A stretch of 64,000 bases of DNA. It comes from an uncultured Candidatus Melainabacteria bacterium (lineage in GTDB: Bacteria > Cyanobacteriota > Vampirovibrionia > Gastranaerophilales > Gastranaerophilaceae). The position numbers and the translations under genes were made by a program. Below are positions 57,121 to 64,000 of the stretch, piece after piece. Position 1 is the stretch's first letter. Each line of letters opens with the position of its first letter. The stretch lies in contig CAKVLL010000004.1 of NCBI GenBank assembly GCA_934757255.1, positions 5,019-69,018 of the forward strand, given 5' to 3'. Below the pieces are notes generated by a model. It was not told where the DNA came from and did not search any database. It saw only the letters and a program-made list of their open reading frames with translations.

Positions 57121-58057
57121 CTACTCTAATAAAATTGCAATAACAACAGGCGATCCTAACGGGATTGGTGCTGAAATTACGATAAAAGCGTTAAATTTAT
57201 TGAATTTACCGCCAAAAGATATTGTCATAATTTCGAACTCTAAAATTTTGAATGCGTATTCAAACGCTGGGGTTTTAAAAAATAATTATGAGATTATAGA
57301 AATTGATTATCCTGAAAAAATCATTCCAGGGGAAGTTTCAGCAAGTGCAGGTGACTTTGCGTTTAAGGCATTAAAAAAAGCTTGCGAAATTAAACCTAAA
57401 TTTATTGTAACGGCTCCGACTTCAAAGGAAGCAATGCACCTTGCAGGACATAATTTTAACGGGCAAACTGAGGTTTTAGAAAAATTCTTGGCGCACAAAG
57501 GACAAAAAGCTGAAATGCTATTTGTATCAAGAGATTTTAGAGTCCTATTGTTAACAAGACATTGTGCATTAAAAGATGTAAGCAGTTGTCTTACTAAAGA
57601 AGTTATTTTGGAGAAGGTTGAAAGATTAAGAAGCTATTTTCAAAACAAATTGCTTATTAAAAAACCATCATTTGCACTATGCGCTTTAAATCCTCATGCC
57701 GGTGAAAATGGAATAATCGGAACTGAAGAGGATGAAATAATCGTTCCTGCAATAGAAGCAGTTCGCAATCGTGGAATAAATATTACAAACCCATTGCCTG
57801 CTGATACTTTGTTTATTGGCGGAGTACAAAATTATTTGAGGGGTGAAAAAACACCTTATGATTGTTATATAGCTTGTTATCATGACCAAGGTTTAATTCC
57901 TATTAAAGCCGTGGCCTCAGAAAAAACTGTAAACATGACAATCGGTTTGGATATAATAAGAACTTCTCCAAGTCATGGAACTGCGTTTGATATTGCCGGT
58001 AAAAACATTGCTAATCCTGAATCTATGATTGAAGCAATAAAATACTGTTTATATTGA
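57113..58057 (+). CDS. PdxA-family 4-hydroxythreonine-4-phosphate / 4-phospho-acid-sugar dehydrogenase
   Basis: Contains ITTGDPNGIGAEI, LNPHAGENG, YHDQGLIPIK and TSPSHGTAFDIAGK. It overlaps the kinase gene by 8 nt. I cannot separate PdxA from PdxA2 by eye. Confidence 0.9.
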   Translation: MNNYSNKIAITTGDPNGIGAEITIKALNLLNLPPKDIVIISNSKILNAYSNAGVLKNNYEIIEIDYPEKIIPGEVSASAGDFAFKALKKACEIKPKFIVTAPTSKEAMHLAGHNFNGQTEVLEKFLAHKGQKAEMLFVSRDFRVLLLTRHCALKDVSSCLTKEVILEKVERLRSYFQNKLLIKKPSFALCALNPHAGENGIIGTEEDEIIVPAIEAVRNRGINITNPLPADTLFIGGVQNYLRGEKTPYDCYIACYHDQGLIPIKAVASEKTVNMTIGLDIIRTSPSHGTAFDIAGKNIANPESMIEAIKYCLY

Positions 58058-58073
58058 TAAAATGGGGTGTAAT

Positions 58074-59018
58074 ATGAAAAAACTCGGAGCTTTTATTGTA
58101 CCTACTGGGATTGGGGCTTCTATTGGTGGTTTTGCCGGTGACGCTTCGCTTTGGGCAAGAAAAATTGCAGAAAAATGTGAACTTATAGTCAATCCTAATG
58201 TTGTCAATGCTGCTTGTTTTTCCGGCATAACTCCAAATATGTTATATGTAGAAGGTTATTCTCTCGACAAATTTTTCAAAGGAGAAATTTCTTTAGAGCG
58301 CTCTAATCACAACAAAATAGGTATTATTTTTGATAAAGCGATAAAAAAAGATGTTTTAAATGTCCATATTAACACAATAAATGCAGTTAAAACAATATAT
58401 AATATTAATATTACAGGCTACGAAATAACAGAAGAAGAAGTCGGTGTTGAATTCTTTATTGACAAATCTGGTGTATCAATGGGAAATGTCAACAACCTCG
58501 CAACACTTAAAAATGCTACTCAAAAACTTATCAAAAAAGGAGCGGAAGCAATCGCTATAGTATGTCGATTTCCTGATGAACAAGGCGATGATTATGCTAG
58601 TGGAATTGGTGTTGATCCGGTAGGTGGAGTCGAAGCAATTATTTCTCATTACATATCAAAAGAATTTTCAATTCCTTGTGCACACGCTCCGGCTTTTGAC
58701 GATATAAGTATTTCTACAGATATTGTCGACCCAAGATGTGCAGCAGAATATATAACTCCTACTTTTTTACCTTGTATACTATTAGGTTTAAATCAAGCTC
58801 CTAAGCTTACAACTCAGGGTATAAATATTACAGATTTAGATTTTTTAATAATTCCTTATAATGCAATTGGTTGCATTCCAGTATTAGAAGCCTCTAAAAG
58901 AGAAATTCCTGTTTATGCAATAAAGGAAAATCATACTGTACTAAATGTTACACCTGAGAATTTTTTAAAAACATGTGCTATAATAAATAAGTATACTGAT
59001 CTAATGGAGACTTTATAA
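58074..59018 (+). CDS. conserved protein of unknown function, DUF3326-like
   Basis: The N-terminal FIVPTGIGASIGGFAGDA motif is as I remember it for DUF3326. GGGG lies 6 nt before the ATG at 58074; the track start is 58062. Confidence 0.55.
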   Translation: MKKLGAFIVPTGIGASIGGFAGDASLWARKIAEKCELIVNPNVVNAACFSGITPNMLYVEGYSLDKFFKGEISLERSNHNKIGIIFDKAIKKDVLNVHINTINAVKTIYNINITGYEITEEEVGVEFFIDKSGVSMGNVNNLATLKNATQKLIKKGAEAIAIVCRFPDEQGDDYASGIGVDPVGGVEAIISHYISKEFSIPCAHAPAFDDISISTDIVDPRCAAEYITPTFLPCILLGLNQAPKLTTQGINITDLDFLIIPYNAIGCIPVLEASKREIPVYAIKENHTVLNVTPENFLKTCAIINKYTDLMETL

Positions 59019-59020
59019 AT

Positions 59021-60106
59021 ATGAAAAACATGACTAGAGGCTTTACCCTTGCAGAGTTATTACTTTGTATTGGTATAATTGGTGTTGTTTCTGCAATGGG
59101 GATGGTAATTGCAAAACGTGGAACAGATAGTGCTTATAATCTATACTATTATTCAGGCTACATCAACCTTTACAATGCTATAGCAGATGCAAAAACAAAG
59201 CCAGATATCAATACAAATCAAAACATAATGGAGCATGTTCAAGATGTTTTAAGCTCAAGTAATGTAGTTGCAAAAACTAATAAAAACATACTTGATATTG
59301 CACTAGCAACGCCAGATATTGATTTTATTAACATGAAATGCAATGCGTATGATATTAATAAATTTAATCCTTATAATAAAAACCAGAAAGATGAATTTGG
59401 TGACAAACTCTATGTTGTAGATCCAGAAAATAATAATACTACTACAGATAAAAAACCTGATATTAAAGCTGACAATTATGATGATCCAAAAAATCCACAA
59501 ACTCCCGATCAAAAAGATCCACAAACTCCCGATCAAAAAGATGACGAAACAGGAGAAACAAATGGAACTGGAGAAAGTATTGTCTGGCCGAATCCTGACG
59601 GAAATGAAAATGTTACTACAATTACAACATCTAATGGTATAAATTACATTTATAATTCTTCATTAAATAACGGAACAAATGGCTTAGTTGTACCTGAAGG
59701 TAGCAATATAACAAAAGCTATTCCTATAATAATGACGATACCACAACGCGCAACAAGAGATAATAACGGTAGGGCAATTGTGCGATTATTATACATAGAT
59801 GCAGATAATGGTTATTTAATACCGATGCCAGAAGCTAACGGCACAATTAGCATTCAAGATAGACGTGATTTGTTACCAGCATATATTGATGACGGAAGAA
59901 TTAGTAGATATTCTACTACAGATGCATCTGGACGACAAAATAGGGGACAAGCAATTGTTGGTTCATATAAAGATGCATACTGCTCTATAAGAGGAAATAC
60001 CGGTAATATTGATGGTGTAATCAATTGCGCATCTTTCACAAATATCTCATTAAATGGGAATCGAGTTGGTGCGCTCGCTATTGCCAATCCTAGAAAAGTT
60101 CATTAA
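59021..60106 (+). CDS. type IV pilin-like / pseudopilin protein with prepilin N-terminal methylation motif
   Basis: MKNMTRG-FTLAELLLCIGIIGVVSAMG is the class III signal (G/FTLxE plus a hydrophobic helix). The globular part is large (about 330 aa) and carries a P/T/D/Q/K-rich tandem repeat. Confidence 0.8.
   Translation: MKNMTRGFTLAELLLCIGIIGVVSAMGMVIAKRGTDSAYNLYYYSGYINLYNAIADAKTKPDINTNQNIMEHVQDVLSSSNVVAKTNKNILDIALATPDIDFINMKCNAYDINKFNPYNKNQKDEFGDKLYVVDPENNNTTTDKKPDIKADNYDDPKNPQTPDQKDPQTPDQKDDETGETNGTGESIVWPNPDGNENVTTITTSNGINYIYNSSLNNGTNGLVVPEGSNITKAIPIIMTIPQRATRDNNGRAIVRLLYIDADNGYLIPMPEANGTISIQDRRDLLPAYIDDGRISRYSTTDASGRQNRGQAIVGSYKDAYCSIRGNTGNIDGVINCASFTNISLNGNRVGALAIANPRKVH
59495..59542 (+). 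repeat. perfect 24-nt tandem duplication inside the pilin-like gene
   Basis: ccacaaactcccgatcaaaaagat occurs twice (59495-59518 and 59519-59542), encoding PQTPDQKD PQTPDQKD. Confidence 0.95.
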
Positions 60107-60120
60107 TTTGTCTATAATAT

Positions 60121-60160
60121 AAAAAAGTCGGTCATTTTGATTAAATGACCGACTTTTTTT
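60121..60160. terminator. bidirectional intrinsic terminator between the pilin-like gene and pgk
   Basis: aaaaaagtcggtcatt-ttgatta-aatgaccgactttttt, with A-run and T-run flanks, lying between convergent genes. Confidence 0.9.
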
Positions 60161-60177
60161 CATTAAGAAATTAATTC

Positions 60178-61374
60178 TTACTTATCATCTAACGCTGCAA
60201 CGCCAGGAAGTACTTTACCTTCAATAAATTCAAGAGAAGCACCGCCACCTGTTGAAACGTGAGTGAAATCTTCAGCTTTGAAGAATTTCTTAGCTGCAGA
60301 AACTGAATCACCACCACCGATAACTGATGTAGCACCAGCTTTTGTCGCTTCAACAATAGCTTCTAATACAGCTTTTGTACCTTCAGCGAATTTAGGATTT
60401 TCAAAAGCACCAACAGGGCCGTTCATAAGAATTGTTTTTGAAGATTTAAGAACTTCTGCAAAAGCTTTTCTTGAATCAGGACCTGCGTCAACGCCTTCAA
60501 AACCGTCAGGAATTTCGTTAATTTTAACGAATTCATTTTTACCGTTACCTGAGAAATCATCAGTAACAAGAACGTCTGTAGCCATTACAAGCTTAACGCC
60601 TTTTTCTTGAGCTTTCTTTTCGATAGCTTTAGCAACATCGATTTGATCATCTTCACAAATTGAGTTACCGATTTTACCGCCGTTAGCTTTAACAAATGTA
60701 TAAGCCATACCGCCACCAATAATCATGTTATCAACTTTATCTAACAAGTTTTCTAAAACACCGATTTTAGAAGAAACTTTAGCACCACCAACAACAGCTG
60801 TGAATGGTCTTGTTGGGTTATCCAAAGCTTGAGATAAGCATCTGATTTCTTTTTCCATCAACAAACCTGAAACAGCTGGTTTAAGAACTTTTGCCAATTT
60901 AGCAGTTGAAGTGTGGTTTCTGTGAGCTGCGCCAAATGCGTCGTTTACATAGAAATCGCCTAAAGCTGCTAATTCGTTAGCAAATGTCATATCATCATCT
61001 TTAGCTTCTTCAGCTTTGTAAAATCTTATATTTTCCAATAAAGCGATTTGACCGTCAGCAAGTTTTTCAACAAATGGTTTTGCTTCTTCAACTGAAGGAA
61101 TGAAAACAATTTCTTCACCAAAAACTTTAGCCATGTATTTAGCAACAGGTGCTAAAGAAAATTCCATGTTTCTTTCGCCTTTTGGTCTACCTAAGTGAGC
61201 CATAAGAACGATTCTAGCGCCTTTATCTTTTAAGAATTTTACAGTTGGAACGATAGCTTGAATACGAGTATCGTCAGTTACATTTTTGTTTTCATCAAGA
61301 GGAACGTTAACGTCAACTCTAACAAGAGCTACTTTTCCTTTGATGTCACCTAAATCTTGAATTGATTTTTTCAT
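60178..61374 (-). CDS. pgk: phosphoglycerate kinase
   Basis: Contains VRVDVNVPLD, MAHLGRPKG, LENIRFY, FGAAHRNHTST and GGGDS..TGGGASLEF. Confidence 0.97.
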   Translation of the reverse strand: MKKSIQDLGDIKGKVALVRVDVNVPLDENKNVTDDTRIQAIVPTVKFLKDKGARIVLMAHLGRPKGERNMEFSLAPVAKYMAKVFGEEIVFIPSVEEAKPFVEKLADGQIALLENIRFYKAEEAKDDDMTFANELAALGDFYVNDAFGAAHRNHTSTAKLAKVLKPAVSGLLMEKEIRCLSQALDNPTRPFTAVVGGAKVSSKIGVLENLLDKVDNMIIGGGMAYTFVKANGGKIGNSICEDDQIDVAKAIEKKAQEKGVKLVMATDVLVTDDFSGNGKNEFVKINEIPDGFEGVDAGPDSRKAFAEVLKSSKTILMNGPVGAFENPKFAEGTKAVLEAIVEATKAGATSVIGGGDSVSAAKKFFKAEDFTHVSTGGGASLEFIEGKVLPGVAALDDK

Positions 61375-61466
61375 AATCTCTTTCCTTTCTTATTTGCAAA
61401 TTATTGCATGATAATTATATTAGAAACAAAGATTAGCTGCAAATATCAAATAAGAAATCAAATGTT

Positions 61467-63401
61467 CTACACACTTGTAGAAAGATTTTGCTGTTTATTT
61501 ATTTCACGTTCTCTATCTTGTTTTTCATGAATTCTGTTCGTATTTTTATAAGTTAATCTAGGAATAAACCAACCTAATAAATATGGAGAAATACAGAATG
61601 TCGCTAAGACTCCAGGCATAGAATTTAAACCTCTTGCAAATGCAGCAATTTTATTACCAAGTGGTTTTCCTGTTCCTTTCATAACTTTTGTAATTATTTC
61701 ATCTGATTTATTAAATTTTTCTACAAAAGAAATAATTTTCTTATTCTTATCAGACTTATTCATTCCTTTTAACGATTTCAAATCTAATGTTGAACTATTG
61801 AACATTTCATTAACATTATCAGATTTAGAAATAATTTTCTGTAAATCTCCGCCATTTTTATCAATATATTTACAGAAATTAAGCATTTTGTCTTTAGAAT
61901 TTATATTATCATACAAAGCTGAAATTTCAGCATTTGAAAGAACGTGTGCTTTAGAATAAGGATTCATTAAATCCAATGCTGTTTTTAATTTGCTCATGCT
62001 TCTATCTTTATGCATAAGAACAAATCCGGAATTTTTCTCATAAGAAGTTACAAACGCTCTTGTCATCATAGGTACTGCAAAAACTACAGCTAAACTTGAA
62101 GTCAAATCTCTTAACAAAATTTCATAAACTTCAGTATAATCCTTTTTACCATTTTCATCTTTTTGTGCTCTACTTAAAGCGTGCATACATCTTGGAGTAA
62201 GCAAACCAAATACAGATAAACCTGCCATCAAAGAATTTGTAAAATTATGTCCATTGTATTCAAATTCATGAGAAACAAAATCACTATTAATTTTTCCAAT
62301 TAATTTACCTAAACGTTCTAATAAACTATTATTACCTTTTCCCTTGAAAGAAAGCTCGTCTTTTTTTTGATTATCATTAACATTATCATCAACTTTTCTT
62401 GCCCCAGGAGCGGTTTCACCTCTCGCATAAATTTTAGGTAAAATTGATAATACACCAAGTGTTGCAAACATCATAGAAATATTTGTAATCATTCGTTTCG
62501 CAAGTGATTTATTTTTAATACTTTCTGCCTCTAATGCATCCAATTTATCTAAATGTTTGTTTGCAACAATCGCATCATCAGTGTATTTAATCATTGCATC
62601 AATTGCATCTTTTGTTTTGAAATTTTTAAGACTATCAACGCCATCATTACCAAATTTAACTTTTTGAAGCATGTTCAAATCATCACTAGTTTTGTATTTA
62701 ATATTGTTGATATGCTCAACAATATTTTCCATACATTGACTGCGATATTTTGATTTACCCCTAAATTTTTTCAATTTAACATCAGCTGGAATATTTTCCA
62801 TATTCGCAATCTGCTTCATTATATAATCAACTGATTCTTTAGATGTATTTTCTTTTCCTAATGTATCAACTAACATTTTTTCTATATTAGTTTTATAGAA
62901 TTCTTGTTTAAATTTTTGCGCATCTTTTAGTAATGATTTATCAAATTCAGGTTTTGAAAGAATTTGTTTTAAACTATTTCCATAACGCTTAATTAATTGA
63001 GTATTTACGCTTGTTGAACGTCCAAATTTTGCAGCCAATAATAAGGATAAAGGAGCTACAGCCATCATACAAGGTCCTGTCAACCCTTCTCTTCCTAGCA
63101 CTTCCAAACCTTCTTGCACATTGTATTGACCGGTTTTTTCCTTATCTCTTAAAAAACCTGCACAAGTACGCGGAACAGTCATACCAATTCCATCTTGAAT
63201 CAAAAATGATGCAAGAAAGCCACCATTTTCAATGCCTTGCATTAAAGCACCAGATGCATTCAAAACACCAGCCATACCCGATTTAAATGCTACTTGTTGG
63301 GACATTTCTTGATTTTGATTATTATCATATATATTATTTGTTGTTATCGAATTATGTACTTGCAAAAATACACCTACCCATGCCAAAAACGATTCATACA
63401 T
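61467..63401 (-). CDS. hypothetical polytopic membrane protein (644 aa)
   Basis: Long intact ORF with several hydrophobic segments (GPCMMAVAPLSLLLAA; ISMMFATLGVLSIL; LMAGLSVFGLL; LAVVFAVPMM; GVLATFCISPYLLGWFI). I recognise no family. The start is uncertain: a TTG at 63365 is preceded by TAGGTG, and an ATG lies at 63305. Confidence 0.6.
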   Translation of the reverse strand: MYESFLAWVGVFLQVHNSITTNNIYDNNQNQEMSQQVAFKSGMAGVLNASGALMQGIENGGFLASFLIQDGIGMTVPRTCAGFLRDKEKTGQYNVQEGLEVLGREGLTGPCMMAVAPLSLLLAAKFGRSTSVNTQLIKRYGNSLKQILSKPEFDKSLLKDAQKFKQEFYKTNIEKMLVDTLGKENTSKESVDYIMKQIANMENIPADVKLKKFRGKSKYRSQCMENIVEHINNIKYKTSDDLNMLQKVKFGNDGVDSLKNFKTKDAIDAMIKYTDDAIVANKHLDKLDALEAESIKNKSLAKRMITNISMMFATLGVLSILPKIYARGETAPGARKVDDNVNDNQKKDELSFKGKGNNSLLERLGKLIGKINSDFVSHEFEYNGHNFTNSLMAGLSVFGLLTPRCMHALSRAQKDENGKKDYTEVYEILLRDLTSSLAVVFAVPMMTRAFVTSYEKNSGFVLMHKDRSMSKLKTALDLMNPYSKAHVLSNAEISALYDNINSKDKMLNFCKYIDKNGGDLQKIISKSDNVNEMFNSSTLDLKSLKGMNKSDKNKKIISFVEKFNKSDEIITKVMKGTGKPLGNKIAAFARGLNSMPGVLATFCISPYLLGWFIPRLTYKNTNRIHEKQDREREINKQQNLSTSV

Positions 63402-63567
63402 TTAATTAAAGTACACTAAAGAAAAAAAATTGCCATTTTGTAACATTTTTTTTAAAGTTGTTACAAATCAAAACATAAAAAAGCTTAATTAATCAAATAA
63501 AAAATTAAACAATATTCGCATCAAATTTTTTGTGTTATCATAATAACACAAAAGGATAAGTGTTAGT

Positions 63568-64000
63568 ATGACAATTAAAAAGTTTTTTATATTATTTTTT
63601 CTGTTTTTATCATTGCCGGTTAACGCAAAGCAAACGATAGACCGCTTTAGCAATATTAATATGGATTGGTGGAAAAATTATAACGACGAAATTTTACTTG
63701 GGCATTTGCAAACTCTTTATAACAACAACCATGATTTAAAAATTGCAGAACTCAAAACAAAACAATCTGAAGAAAATGTTAGATTAGTAGGCGCAAATCA
63801 ATTACCACAAGTTGGTTTTGATGGGAGTTTTTCTAGGGTAATGAGTGGACCACAAACAGAATTCGGAAATATAATTATTCCTGAATATTCGCAAAACGAG
63901 CTATTTATGCCACTAAGCGCATCTTATGAAATCGATATATGGGGGCAAAATTACTTAAACAGAAAAAGCGCAAAGAAACAAAAAGAAATCGCTGAGCAAC
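63568..64000 (+). CDS. outer membrane efflux protein (TolC/NodT family), N-terminal part; continues past the right edge
   Basis: My translation reads MTIKKFFILFFLFLSLPVNAKQ..WWKNYNDEILLGHLQTLYNNNHDLKIAELKTKQSEENVRLVGANQLPQVGFDGSF. It has a signal peptide plus the typical OMF first repeat. Confidence 0.75.
   Translation, partial: MTIKKFFILFFLFLSLPVNAKQTIDRFSNINMDWWKNYNDEILLGHLQTLYNNNHDLKIAELKTKQSEENVRLVGANQLPQVGFDGSFSRVMSGPQTEFGNIIIPEYSQNELFMPLSASYEIDIWGQNYLNRKSAKKQKEIAEQ

Overview
This is an AT-rich (roughly one-third G+C by eye), gene-dense chromosomal segment from a diderm bacterium. I support about 55 protein-coding genes, one tRNA (Leu-GAG), several intrinsic terminators and a family of GC-rich palindromic intergenic repeats. 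I saw no rRNA, CRISPR array, transposase or prophage.

Housekeeping content:
- Metabolism and cell wall: gcvPB, pheA, panD, dut, mraY, pgk and a MurT-less gatD.
- DNA, RNA and translation: a group-3 sigma factor, a SWIM-SNF2 helicase, XerC/D-type recombinase, rqcH, dGTPase-like HD protein, mutL, recO, era and ssb.
- Enzymes: a lipoate-ligase-family protein and a GH13 glucan enzyme.
- Transport: an MFP-RND-TolC efflux operon and an Opp/Dpp-like binding protein plus two permeases, with no ATPase genes.
- Motility and signalling: pilT, flhA followed by a PilZ protein, a pseudopilin and a PAS histidine kinase.
- A DUF1537 kinase - PdxA-family - DUF3326-like string.

The combination of a short tail-less SSB, DUF3326, flagellar and type IV pilus genes and a very AT-rich genome suggests a non-photosynthetic cyanobacterial relative (Melainabacteria-like). 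That is inference only.

Most interesting items:
1. A soluble FtsH-derived protein with Clp-N repeats, an intact HExxH site and destroyed Walker A/B motifs.
2. A 1279-aa LysM + transglycosylase-like + Cys/His amidase-like protein with internal repeats and no signal peptide.
3. An uncharacterised three-gene block: a receiver-less OmpR-type winged-helix protein, a degenerate DUF262/ParB-like protein and a 452-aa unknown.
4. A shared Asn-rich N-terminal leader ending in a xxF[KQ][GS]-type motif on several unrelated large proteins that lack Sec signals.
5. A secreted CxPC-repeat mini-protein.
6. A Gp49/HigB-like toxin with a non-HTH partner.
7. ssb translationally coupled to the DUF1537/PdxA/DUF3326 string.
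8. A promoter/terminator-bounded non-coding unit upstream of panD.

I could not single out one of these as the novel system. All functional calls rest on motifs read from the translations, without database searches.
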